From assembly GCA_017525905.1 (NCBI GenBank), contig JAFXSD010000007.1, positions 3,531-67,530 of the forward strand: 64,000 nucleotides of DNA, in the 5' to 3' direction. The position numbers and the translations under genes were made by a program. Positions 1 through 9,405 of this stretch are shown here, piece by piece (within the stretch, counting starts at the first letter, position 1; every line of letters begins with the position of its first letter). This DNA is from Elusimicrobiota bacterium. GTDB lineage: Bacteria > Elusimicrobiota > Endomicrobiia > Endomicrobiales > Endomicrobiaceae. Under the pieces are notes generated by a model. The model had not been told where the DNA came from and did no database searches. It saw nothing but the letters and a program-made list of their open reading frames with translations.

Positions 1-1
1 G

Positions 2-2809
2 TTCGATATATCAAAAAATTTTATCAAAACAACATTTAAGAATATGTCATATTTAAAATACACAAAAGATATTTATATGTGTATTTTGGGAATATCGTGG
101 TTTTGGTTTGTAGGCGTGGTTTTGGTTTATCAAATACCGAATTTTGCCGAAATCGTTTTAAAAGGTCAACAGGATTTATATATTTTCTTGGCGCTTCTTC
201 TTACTTCCGGAGTTTTTGTCGGAGCATTACTTTCTTGTCTTTTGTTAAAGAAAGAAATATCAATAAAATATGTTCCTATTTCCGTAGTTCTTATGACTGT
301 TTTTATTGTGGATTTGTCGTTTAGCGCAAACTATGCACATGTTGCACTTACAACAAATATAGCTTTATCCGATTTCCTTTCGACTTTGTCGGGTATAAGA
401 ATAATAATAGATGTTTTTGCATATTCGTTGTTTGCAGGTCTTTATATTGTTCCTTTAATAACCATGTTACAGGTTTTGGCTAACAGAAAAATAAGAGCAA
501 GAGTTTTTGCTACAAATGCCGTTGTTAATGTTTTGTTTATGATAGCAGGTTGTTCGGTTTGTTTTATATTTATAAAAATGGGACTTGCTTTTCCTGTAGT
601 GTTAACATTAATAGCTTTGTTTAATGTGGTTGCTGCAATATATATTTGCACAATTTTACCTGCACACTTGTTAAGAATAATAGTCAAAAGAATTATAGAT
701 ATTTTATACAAAATAGAAGTTGTAGGAATTGAAAATTTTGAAAAATGTAAAGGCGGAACTTTAATTATCGCAAACCATACTTCGTTAATAGACGGTATAA
801 TTCTTTCCGTTACATTCGGGGAAAAACTTTCTTTTGCAATAAACAGTGATGTTATAAACAAGTTTTGGATGAAACCGCTGCTGAAAATAATAAAATATTT
901 CCCTGTAGATAATACCAATGTTATGGTCGTTAAATCGATAATTGACGAAATAAAAAAAGGCGGAATGGTTGTAATATTTCCGGAAGGAAGAATTACTACT
1001 ACCGGCGGACTTATGAAAGTTTATCCGGGTCCTGCCGTTATCGCAGATAAAAGCGATGCCGATATTTTGCCTATATGTATTGAAGGAATACAATATTCCG
1101 ATTTTTCATATTTCGGAGCAAAATCTAAAATTAAAAGACAAAGAAAAATTAAGCTTACTATTTTACCTCCGAGAAAACTTAATGTAAATCAATCCCTGTC
1201 GGATTCTAGAAGAAGAAACATTGCAATTACAAAACTTTATGATATTATGTGCGAAATGAAATTTGCGAGTAATTTTTCCGACAAAACTTTGTTTGAGTCT
1301 TTAATTGACAGTTTATCCTTGGTCGGAAGAAGAAAAAAAATATTGGAAGATATCAACAGACAACCGATAAACCTCGGCGATTTCTTAGGTGCCGTTTTTG
1401 CTTTTACACATAAAATAAGCAAGCAAACGGAAAATAAAGAGTATGTCGGAATTATTGCGGCAAATACTAAAACAATGATAGAAATATTTTTTGCATTGTC
1501 TGCTTTAAACAGAATTCCGGCAATGATAAATTTTACCGACAGTATTGAAAATATACTTTACAATTTAAAAAATGTAGGCATAACAAAAGTTTATACATCC
1601 AAGCGGTTTATAAAGGCTTCAAATTTAAACAATTTGACGGAAGCTTTAAAAGAAAACGGAATAAAAGTTATTTATGCTGAAGATATTAAGGACAGTTTTA
1701 CGATGTTTAATAAAATGTCCGCATATCTAAAATCTCATTTCCCCAGAATATACTATAAAAATATATGTTCCACATTTGATGTGTTTGCACCGGCAGTTAT
1801 ACTTTTTACATCCGCATTTAAAGGCAAAAGTAAAGCGGTTGTATTATCACATAAAAACATACAAGCTTCAAGAGCACAACTTTCAAGTGTTATGGATTTC
1901 GGTATTTTAGACAGTTTCTTTAATGCAATGCCGATATTTTCTTCTTTGGGACTTGTTGCCGGAACACTTTTACCGTTACTTAGAGGAATAAAGGTATTTG
2001 AATATCATTCGCCGTTACATTATAAAATGGTATCGGAGCTTGTATATGATACCGATTCTACGGTTTTGTTGGGAACTGATACTTTTCTCAGCGGTTATGC
2101 CAAAAATGCTCATCCGTACGATTTTTATGCAATAAGGTATGTTATCGCGGGAATAGAAAAACTTAAAGAAGAAACAATACAAATTTGGGAAGATAATTTC
2201 GGTAAAAGAATTTTTGAAGCTTACGGGACAACCGAAACAGCTTCAACGATATCCATAAATACTCCGATGTATTTTAAAGAGTACAGCGTGGGAAGACTAT
2301 TACCTTCCGTAGAATGTAAACTGGAATCTACGACGGCTTTTGTAGGTTCAAGTCATTTGCTTGTAAAAGGGCCTAATATAGCAAATTGTTATATAGAAAA
2401 TAAACAGCTTATTTCCAAAAAAGAAAACGGTGAATGGTTTGATACCGGAGATATCGTTGAAATAGACAGAGACGGATTTGTGTTTATGAAAGGTAAATCC
2501 AAAAGATTTACTAAAGTTGACGGAGAAAGTATATCTTTAACCGAACTTGAATTTAATATATCTAATATTTGGAAAGAATATAAATCTGCCGTACTTGCCG
2601 TTCAAAATAACAGAAAAAAAGAAATAGTAGTTTTTACTACCAAACAAGATGCGGATTTAGGTGATTTACAAAAATTTGCACAAGAACAAAAAATAGAAAA
2701 TTTTGTTCTGCCGGATAAAATAGTCGTTGTAGAAAAAATTCCTATAATAGGAACAGGTGCTACCGATTATACAAAGTTACACGAAATATTTAAGGAACTT
2801 AACAAATGA
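2..2809 (+). CDS. Aas-like fusion protein: membrane (LplT/MFS-like) segment, PlsC-type acyltransferase and ANL (acyl-ACP synthetase-like) domain. The 5' end is probably outside the window.
   Basis: The frame is open from nt 2 through the listed ATG at 44. About 210 aa of hydrophobic helices come first, then the HX4D box ANHTSLIDG and FPEGRITTTG, then ANL motifs (YGTTETAS, WFDTGD). The P-loop and A10 Lys are degenerate (see findings). Confidence 0.75.
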   Translation, partial: FDISKNFIKTTFKNMSYLKYTKDIYMCILGISWFWFVGVVLVYQIPNFAEIVLKGQQDLYIFLALLLTSGVFVGALLSCLLLKKEISIKYVPISVVLMTVFIVDLSFSANYAHVALTTNIALSDFLSTLSGIRIIIDVFAYSLFAGLYIVPLITMLQVLANRKIRARVFATNAVVNVLFMIAGCSVCFIFIKMGLAFPVVLTLIALFNVVAAIYICTILPAHLLRIIVKRIIDILYKIEVVGIENFEKCKGGTLIIANHTSLIDGIILSVTFGEKLSFAINSDVINKFWMKPLLKIIKYFPVDNTNVMVVKSIIDEIKKGGMVVIFPEGRITTTGGLMKVYPGPAVIADKSDADILPICIEGIQYSDFSYFGAKSKIKRQRKIKLTILPPRKLNVNQSLSDSRRRNIAITKLYDIMCEMKFASNFSDKTLFESLIDSLSLVGRRKKILEDINRQPINLGDFLGAVFAFTHKISKQTENKEYVGIIAANTKTMIEIFFALSALNRIPAMINFTDSIENILYNLKNVGITKVYTSKRFIKASNLNNLTEALKENGIKVIYAEDIKDSFTMFNKMSAYLKSHFPRIYYKNICSTFDVFAPAVILFTSAFKGKSKAVVLSHKNIQASRAQLSSVMDFGILDSFFNAMPIFSSLGLVAGTLLPLLRGIKVFEYHSPLHYKMVSELVYDTDSTVLLGTDTFLSGYAKNAHPYDFYAIRYVIAGIEKLKEETIQIWEDNFGKRIFEAYGTTETASTISINTPMYFKEYSVGRLLPSVECKLESTTAFVGSSHLLVKGPNIANCYIENKQLISKKENGEWFDTGDIVEIDRDGFVFMKGKSKRFTKVDGESISLTELEFNISNIWKEYKSAVLAVQNNRKKEIVVFTTKQDADLGDLQKFAQEQKIENFVLPDKIVVVEKIPIIGTGATDYTKLHEIFKELNK

Positions 2810-4980
2810 TAAATACATTAGTAAAAATTCTGTTTAATAAAAAGTTAATAATTGCTCTATCTAAATTTTTCTTAAGAGTTCAAGTAAAAGGGTTAGAGAA
2901 TATAAAAGATTTGCAGGGAAAAGTTTTGTTTGTCGCAAATCATAACTCTTTTATAGATGCAATTTTGTTATGGGCATTTATTCCCGAAAAGTTATGTTTT
3001 ACAATAAACCCGATAATAGCAAAAAAGTGGTATGTAAAACCTTTATTAAATATTGCTAAATTTTTTCAAATAGAGCCGAACAATCCGATGGCTGTAAAAT
3101 CTATGATAAGGGAAATAAATAACGGACACAAAATAGTTATTTATCCTGAAGGCAGAGTTACATCCACCGGAAGCATGATGAAAATTTATCCGGGACCTGC
3201 AATGATTGCAGATAAAACAAATGCACAGATAGTTCCTATATATATTGATGGTACTCAATATACAATTTTTTCGTATTACAGAAACAAAGTTAAAATAAGA
3301 CCGAGAACAAAAGTCGTATTAAATGTTTTTAAGCCTACAACGCTGAATATAGATAAAGAATTAAAAGGCGAAGAAAGAAAAAAAGAAATCACAAAACAAC
3401 TTTTTGATATAATGACAAATGCTAAATATTATTCTGCAACCGACGACAAAACTTTGTTTGAATCTTTAATTGAAGCAAAGAATTTTGTCGGAAGAAGAAT
3501 GAAGATTGTAGAAGATATAGCAAGAAAACCTTTAAATTACGGGCAACTTCTGACTGCAGCATTTGTTTTGGGTAAACAATTTACAAAGCACAGCGAACAA
3601 AAAGAAAAGGTGGGTTTCTTAATGCCAAATGCCGCAGCATCCGTAGTTGCTGTTTTCGGTATGCAGGCATACAATATTGTTCCTTGTATGTTAAACTTTT
3701 CCACCGGAACAAAAAATATGATTTCCTGTTGCAAAACCGCTGCGATTAAAACCGTTTACACTTCAAAACAGTTTGTTATAAAAGGCGGTTTTACGGATCT
3801 TATAAAAACTATGGAAGACGAAGGTCTTCAAATAATATATCTTGAAGATTTGAAAAAAGAAATAACTTTAAAAGAAAAACTTACAGGTCTTTTTGCTTCT
3901 TTCTTCCCGAAACATTATTACAACAAAATTAAAGGTGATGTGTCGGTAGAAGATCCTGCGATAGTTCTTTTTACCAGCGGTTCCGAAGGAGTTCCCAAAG
4001 GAGTTGCTTTAAGTCACAGGAACATTCAAGCAAACTTGAACCAGATAAGAGCAGTTTTATTCTTTGACACTCAAGACAGATTTTTTATGGCATTACCGAT
4101 ATTTCACTCTTTCGGTTTTACTTGCGGTATGATACTTCCTATAACAAGCTGTATAAAAGTGTTCTTTTATCCTACACCGTTACATTATAAAATTATTCCT
4201 GAACTTATTTACGATACAAACTCAACAATTACATTTACCACACCTACTTTCTTTAGCGGGTACGGTAAAAATGCTCATGCTTACGATTTTTATTCAATAA
4301 GACTTGCTGTTGTAGGTGCCGAAAGAGCAAAAGCGGAAACCGCGAAAAGTTTGTTCACGAATTTCGGTATAAATATTTTGGAGGGTTACGGCGCAACAGA
4401 AACCGCTCCTGTTCTTTCCGTAAACACAGCTATGTATCATAAAAAAGGTTCCGTAGGCAGAATTTTCCCGGGAATACAGATGAGATTAGATGATGTGCCG
4501 GGCATAAAAGACGGTAAAAAGTTGGTAGTTAAAGGCAGAAATGTAATGTTGGGTTATATAAAGAGTGATAATCCGGGAGTAATACAACCTTTGGAAGACG
4601 GTTGGTACGATACCGGAGATATTGTTTCGGTGGATAAAGATAACTTTATAACTATAAAAGGCAGAGCGAAAAGGTTTGCAAAGATTGCAGGCGAAATGGT
4701 TTCGTTAACTGCCGTAGAAGAAATGATAACGGCTTTATGGCCTACTTATCAGCATGCGGTTGTTACAATACCTGATGAAAAGAAAGGTGAACAGTTAATA
4801 CTGTTTACTACAAGACCTAACACAACCTTTAGTGAAATAAGTGCGGCTTTTAAATCTCAGGGATCAAGCGATTTGTTTGTTCCTAAAAAGATAAAAGTAT
4901 TGGAAGAAATGATTATTATGGGTAACGGTAAAGTTGATTATGTTACCCTTGGCCAGAAAGCTTCGGAGCTATTTAGTTAG
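2806..4980 (+). CDS. aas: 2-acylglycerophosphoethanolamine acyltransferase / acyl-ACP synthetase (Aas-like), a soluble paralogue of the upstream gene
   Basis: HX4D box ANHNSFIDA and YPEGRVTSTG are present. The ANL motifs are canonical: TSGSEGVPKG, GYGATETAP, YDTGD, GNGKVD. The start overlaps the upstream stop as ATGA. Confidence 0.8.
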   Translation: MINTLVKILFNKKLIIALSKFFLRVQVKGLENIKDLQGKVLFVANHNSFIDAILLWAFIPEKLCFTINPIIAKKWYVKPLLNIAKFFQIEPNNPMAVKSMIREINNGHKIVIYPEGRVTSTGSMMKIYPGPAMIADKTNAQIVPIYIDGTQYTIFSYYRNKVKIRPRTKVVLNVFKPTTLNIDKELKGEERKKEITKQLFDIMTNAKYYSATDDKTLFESLIEAKNFVGRRMKIVEDIARKPLNYGQLLTAAFVLGKQFTKHSEQKEKVGFLMPNAAASVVAVFGMQAYNIVPCMLNFSTGTKNMISCCKTAAIKTVYTSKQFVIKGGFTDLIKTMEDEGLQIIYLEDLKKEITLKEKLTGLFASFFPKHYYNKIKGDVSVEDPAIVLFTSGSEGVPKGVALSHRNIQANLNQIRAVLFFDTQDRFFMALPIFHSFGFTCGMILPITSCIKVFFYPTPLHYKIIPELIYDTNSTITFTTPTFFSGYGKNAHAYDFYSIRLAVVGAERAKAETAKSLFTNFGINILEGYGATETAPVLSVNTAMYHKKGSVGRIFPGIQMRLDDVPGIKDGKKLVVKGRNVMLGYIKSDNPGVIQPLEDGWYDTGDIVSVDKDNFITIKGRAKRFAKIAGEMVSLTAVEEMITALWPTYQHAVVTIPDEKKGEQLILFTTRPNTTFSEISAAFKSQGSSDLFVPKKIKVLEEMIIMGNGKVDYVTLGQKASELFS

Positions 4981-5203
4981 AAATTTTCACTTTGTGAATA
5001 CTTGAGGAATGGAAGTTTATAACTGTAGAAGTATAGAAACGACAACAGAAAAAGAAAGAAGAAATGAGAAATAAGTTGCAGGTTTTCATACATCTTTTAT
5101 CTATGCATTAAAACCTCAAAAAAAGCATAATGAATTGTAAAATATACAAAATAATTTGTAATGTATAATATATAATACATAAATAAAATAAGGACATATA
5201 GTT

Positions 5204-7060
5204 ATGGGTACAAGAGAAGATATCAGAAATGTAGCAATAATAGCCCATGTTGACCATGGCAAAACAACAATAGTAGATTCAATGTTAAAGGTTGCAGGTG
5301 AGTGGACCGTTAAAGAAGATGAAGTTCAAGATACGGTTTTGGATTCCGATCCTATTGAAAGAGAAAGAGGTATTACAATCCTTGCAAAGTGTACTTCAAT
5401 AAAATATAAAGACCATACCATAAACATAGTAGATACTCCGGGACATGCCGATTTCGGCAGCGAAGTTGAAAGAGTATTGAAAATGGTGGATAGTGCAATT
5501 CTTATGGTGGATGCGGCCGAAGGGCCTATGCCGCAAACAAGATTTGTTTTAAGAAAAGCGCTTGAACTCGGTTTAAATCCCATAGTTGTTATAAACAAAA
5601 TGGATAAACCGCAAGCCAATGCCAGTAAAGCAATAGATGATATATTTGAACTGTTTATGAAACTCGGTGCTACTGACAGACAACTTGATTTTCCTATATT
5701 TTATGCTTCCGGCAGGGAAGGTTGGGCAAGTACAAAAATAGATAAAAAAGGAACGGATGTTTCTCCGTTGCTTGACGGTATAATAAAATATGTTCCGGCA
5801 CCTGAAGCCGATATAGATAAACATCTTCAAATGCAAATAACAATGATAGATTATAACAACTTTTTGGGCAGAGTCGGTATAGGCAGAATATTGAACGGCT
5901 CAATTAAAAAAGGTCAAACGGTTCTTCTTGTGAATAAAGACGGTTCAACTCAATCTAAAGCCGTAAAAATAGAAAAGTTTTTAGGACTTGCAAAAGTTGA
6001 AGTTGAAGAAGCGTCTGCCGGCGATATTGTTTCCATATCCGGTCTTGAAGGGTTAAAAGTAGGTGATACGGTTTGTGAGTTGGAACATCCTTTACCGCTT
6101 GAACCGTTAGCTATAGACGAGCCGACAATATCTATGGACTTTTTAGTTAACGATTCGCCTTTTGCAGGCAGAGAAGGAAAATTTTTAACATCAAGACACT
6201 TAAAAGCAAGACTTGAAAAAGAAGCTCAAACAAATGTCGGTTTAAAAGTTGAAGAACTTGAAGGTGAGGGCAGATTTAAAGTTTCAGGCAGGGGAGAACT
6301 GCATTTAACCGTTCTTATAGAAAACATGAGAAGAGAAGGATTTGAACTTGCGGTGTCAAGTCCGGAAGTTATTTTTAAAGAAGTTGACGGGAAAATGTGT
6401 GAACCTATGGAATATCTTATTCTTGATATAGATTCGGATTTTCAGGGAGTAGTTTTTGAACTTATAGGTAAAAGAAGTGCACAGCTTGAAAATATGGTAA
6501 GCGAGGGTAAGGATCATTTGAGATTGGAATATATTATTCCGTCAAGAGCTTTGATAGGATTTAAGAACGAATTTTTAACGGCAACAAAAGGTACCGGAAT
6601 AATGCATCACAGCTTTCACGGATATTTACCGAAAGCAGATATTTCTTCGTTAAGAGGTAACGGAGTATTTATTGCCATGGCTCCGGGAAAAACTACAGCT
6701 TATGCTTTACATAATTTGGAAGACGGCGGAGAAATGTTTGTAGGTCCCGGTGAAGAAGTTTACGAAGGTATGATAGTCGGCCAAAATTCCAGAGAAAGAG
6801 ATCTTGTAGTTAATCCGTGCAAACCTAAAAAACTTACAAACATGAGAAGTAAAGCTGCCGATGAAGCATTGACCTTAACACCGCACAGAGTTATGAGTTT
6901 GGAACAATCTGTTGAATATATTGCTCCCGATGAACTTGTGGAAATTACACCTACGGCATTAAGATTAAGGAAAAAAATTCTTAACGCTTTAGACAGAAAA
7001 AGGACAGCAAGAAATGAAAGATATGAAGAAGCTCAACTCGAAGAACGGGAAGAAGATTAG
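5204..7060 (+). CDS. typA: Translational GTPase TypA/BipA
   Basis: G-domain motifs AHVDHGKTT, DTPGHADF and NKMD are present, the layout is EF-G-like, and the length is 618 aa. Confidence 0.95.
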   Translation: MGTREDIRNVAIIAHVDHGKTTIVDSMLKVAGEWTVKEDEVQDTVLDSDPIERERGITILAKCTSIKYKDHTINIVDTPGHADFGSEVERVLKMVDSAILMVDAAEGPMPQTRFVLRKALELGLNPIVVINKMDKPQANASKAIDDIFELFMKLGATDRQLDFPIFYASGREGWASTKIDKKGTDVSPLLDGIIKYVPAPEADIDKHLQMQITMIDYNNFLGRVGIGRILNGSIKKGQTVLLVNKDGSTQSKAVKIEKFLGLAKVEVEEASAGDIVSISGLEGLKVGDTVCELEHPLPLEPLAIDEPTISMDFLVNDSPFAGREGKFLTSRHLKARLEKEAQTNVGLKVEELEGEGRFKVSGRGELHLTVLIENMRREGFELAVSSPEVIFKEVDGKMCEPMEYLILDIDSDFQGVVFELIGKRSAQLENMVSEGKDHLRLEYIIPSRALIGFKNEFLTATKGTGIMHHSFHGYLPKADISSLRGNGVFIAMAPGKTTAYALHNLEDGGEMFVGPGEEVYEGMIVGQNSRERDLVVNPCKPKKLTNMRSKAADEALTLTPHRVMSLEQSVEYIAPDELVEITPTALRLRKKILNALDRKRTARNERYEEAQLEEREED

Positions 7061-7129
7061 AAATTTTTTATAAAGTAAAAAATTTGAGGAAATGATATAA
7101 TAACAAAAAATTTTATTTTAGGAGTATGT

Positions 7130-8023
7130 ATGAAAAAATTATCTTTATTGGCGGCAGCATTGGTTTTGTTGTTTTCAACAACGGTTTTTGCAGGAACAAA
7201 AGACGGTTGGGAATTGGAATTAAAACAGTTGGCGGTTAGTATTACAAGTACCGAAGTTCATAATTCTTCACCGACATTTACAAATGCAAGATTAACAACC
7301 GATTCTCAAACAGCAGTTCAGGGTAAGTTGGATTTTGATGCAAAATATTTTGCACCTAAATTGTTATGGACAAACAATTTGTTTATGGAATACGGAAAAA
7401 CATCAATAAGACCTGTAGATAAAGAAGAAGTGGTTACCGAAAATGCCGACAAAATCACGTTAACGACAGACTTAACTTACAGGTTATGGAAAGTTGAGGA
7501 AGATTTTTTAGGCGGTTTTGAAGCCGGTCCTTTTGCAAATATAGGTTACGAAACCGAATTTGAACCTGCGGAAATAGAAATAGACGGACATAAAGAAAGA
7601 GACAACAGGAAACAGGTTCTTAGAGGTAAAGTCGGTGCAAAACTTTTTGAAGGAAAATATTTGAAAGAATTGTATGCGGCTTATGTATTTGAAAGAGATT
7701 TTACATATACTCCGGAATCCACAAATACCGCTTTTGAAGCAGGTTTTAGAGCAGAAGCGGAAATAAGAGAAGGTGTAAAATTTGTAGCTTGGTCTTATTA
7801 CAGAGATTATCAAACTTACAGTGAAGAAAGAATCAGTGATTTGGATTATGAAATAGAAGCGGAATTGAGACTTGATGTAAAATTGTGGAACAATATTGCA
7901 ATAGCTCCGTTTATTAATTATTATTGTGCATCGGCACAACATTTTAATTGCGTAGCGGATAACTGGTATACCGGTATACAAATATCTTACAGCACATTCT
8001 TTAAAAAAGCTAAAGAAATATAA
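7130..8023 (+). CDS. Putative outer-membrane beta-barrel protein (DUF3078-like)
   Basis: It has a signal peptide (MKKLSLLAAALVLLFSTTVFA), alternating aromatic/polar beta-strand patterns, and an aromatic-rich C-terminus (ISYSTFF). Confidence 0.5.
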   Translation: MKKLSLLAAALVLLFSTTVFAGTKDGWELELKQLAVSITSTEVHNSSPTFTNARLTTDSQTAVQGKLDFDAKYFAPKLLWTNNLFMEYGKTSIRPVDKEEVVTENADKITLTTDLTYRLWKVEEDFLGGFEAGPFANIGYETEFEPAEIEIDGHKERDNRKQVLRGKVGAKLFEGKYLKELYAAYVFERDFTYTPESTNTAFEAGFRAEAEIREGVKFVAWSYYRDYQTYSEERISDLDYEIEAELRLDVKLWNNIAIAPFINYYCASAQHFNCVADNWYTGIQISYSTFFKKAKEI

Positions 8024-8043
8024 TTTATAACTGATTTACAGAA

Positions 8044-8079
8044 ATAAGCTCTATTATAAAAATAGGGCTTATTTTTTTT
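8044..8079 (+). terminator. Intrinsic terminator after the OMP gene
   Basis: The stem ATAAGCTCTA / TAGGGCTTAT has one G-T pair and is followed by T8. Confidence 0.7.
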
Positions 8080-8125
8080 ATTAATAAATGATAAAATGAT
8101 TTCAATAATATTACGGGAGAAAAAA

Positions 8126-8509
8126 ATGAAAAATATGCCGGAATTTAATAAAGTATCAAAACAATTGCTACAGGCAATGCCGTACCAATATGCAGGTAAC
8201 AACATAAATGTTTGTATAGAAACGGATGAATTTACCTGTCTTTGTCCGTGGACGGGGCTTCCGGATTTTGCCCACTTAAAAATTCAGTATGTTCCAAACA
8301 AAGTTGTTGTTGAACTGAAATCTTTAAAAATGTATTTACAATCTTACAGAATGGTAGGTATGGTTCACGAATCCGTAGTAAACAGTATTATGAAAGATAT
8401 TAAAGAATTGTTAAAACCAAAACAAATATATGTTGAACTTGTGTTTAAAATCAGAGGCGGAATCACGACAACCGTATCTGCGGGAAGCATTAAAGAATTA
8501 AAGAAATAA
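8126..8509 (+). CDS. queF: NADPH-dependent 7-cyano-7-deazaguanine (preQ0) reductase QueF, type I
   Basis: It carries the motif EFTCLCPWTGLPDF and the segment ELKSLKMYLQSYR. I prefer the ATG at 8126, which lies behind a GGGAG Shine-Dalgarno, over the listed ATG at 8096. Confidence 0.85.
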   Translation: MKNMPEFNKVSKQLLQAMPYQYAGNNINVCIETDEFTCLCPWTGLPDFAHLKIQYVPNKVVVELKSLKMYLQSYRMVGMVHESVVNSIMKDIKELLKPKQIYVELVFKIRGGITTTVSAGSIKELKK

Positions 8510-8527
8510 AATAAAAATTTTCAAAAT

Positions 8528-8570
8528 AAAAAAAGCACACCCGATTATAAAATCAAGTGTGCCTTTTTTA
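8528..8570. terminator. Bidirectional terminator between the convergent queF and 8580-9257 genes
   Basis: The stem GCACAC/GTGTGC is flanked by an A-run upstream and a T-run downstream. Confidence 0.6.
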
Positions 8571-8579
8571 TGTTATTAA

Positions 8580-9257
8580 TTATTGAAACAGATATGCTTT
8601 TCCGTCGTGAAGTATATAAGTTTTTCCGTCTATAACAATCATACTGTCACTGTTATTTGATGCCGGTTGACTTTGTACTTGTTGAGGTTGTGCCGCCGGA
8701 ACAGCTTTTTTAATTTCTTTTTTTACGGGTACGGGTTTCGGTGCAGGTATAGGTGCCGGAGTTGGTTCTGCCACGGAAGAATCATAAGCTGCATCTGTAA
8801 CTATAAAACATAAATCTTCTTCCCCGAAATAAACATCCGTTATTTCTACATCGTCGTTGTGACCTCTGAAATTAAAAGTAAATCTAACCACATTGTTGTT
8901 TTTTCTTGAAAATTTTCCGTCTTTTCCGAAATATCTTGGAAATTCTCTGTTCATATCATCTTCGAAGTACCCGTCAAATCCTTCGGAATCTCCCAGCTTT
9001 AATACCGGCATAGGTCTCATGTCATGAGTTTTTCCGTTGATTGTAATTGTGCAAGTTACATGTGATAAAGCAAGTGAAGAATTGTTTATAAGCTTGATTT
9101 CTTCATATACTCTTTGGTCAACAAGCGAACTTATGGTTGTTTCATAAACATATCCGCCCGACGGATCTTTTGTTACAACTCCGCTTTGTGCAAAAATCGC
9201 AGGAACCGTTAAAAAAGATGCTACAACAAAAACAGCAAAACTTTTAAAATTAAACAT
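8580..9257 (-). CDS. Secreted hypothetical protein with a Pro/Ala-rich linker
   Basis: It has a signal peptide (FAVFVVASFLTVPAIFA) and a PTPAPIPAPKPVP linker. I recognise no family. Confidence 0.55.
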   Translation of the reverse strand: MFNFKSFAVFVVASFLTVPAIFAQSGVVTKDPSGGYVYETTISSLVDQRVYEEIKLINNSSLALSHVTCTITINGKTHDMRPMPVLKLGDSEGFDGYFEDDMNREFPRYFGKDGKFSRKNNNVVRFTFNFRGHNDDVEITDVYFGEEDLCFIVTDAAYDSSVAEPTPAPIPAPKPVPVKKEIKKAVPAAQPQQVQSQPASNNSDSMIVIDGKTYILHDGKAYLFQ

Positions 9258-9405
9258 ATTTTTTCTCCTAAAATAATATTAACATGATAATAACCCTTTA
9301 AAACAATGTTGTCAATAAAAATTTTTTAATATTTTGTATTAAAATGATAAAATATATCGGTATATTATGCATTAATAAATATTTATCAAAGAAGGTAAAT
9401 AATAA

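Noticed and set aside
442-1093. Minus-strand ORFs 442-918 and 785-1093. The same applies to many similar antisense or out-of-frame ORFs in the track, for example 79-324, 5326-5903, 7508-7981, 19436-19864, 20181-20498, 39045-39818, 40221-40556, 51120-51485 and 52247-52603.
   Set aside because: They lie entirely inside well-supported genes on the other strand or frame. They have low-complexity, Phe/Ile/Lys-rich translations typical of AT-rich shadow ORFs, and they carry no recognisable motifs.
5064-5110. Imperfect hairpin (AGGTTTTCATACAT / ATGCATTAAAACCT) after the aas gene, as a possible terminator
   Set aside because: The stem has several mismatches and is followed by an A-run rather than a T-run on the coding strand. 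That is not convincing for an intrinsic terminator.
8096-8125. Upstream starts listed for queF (8096), murC (20489), the PPIase lipoprotein (44474) and the surA-like gene (45458)
   Set aside because: In each case an internal ATG or GTG sits at proper spacing from a strong Shine-Dalgarno and gives the expected N-terminus or signal peptide. The upstream extensions overlap the previous gene or include the SD itself.
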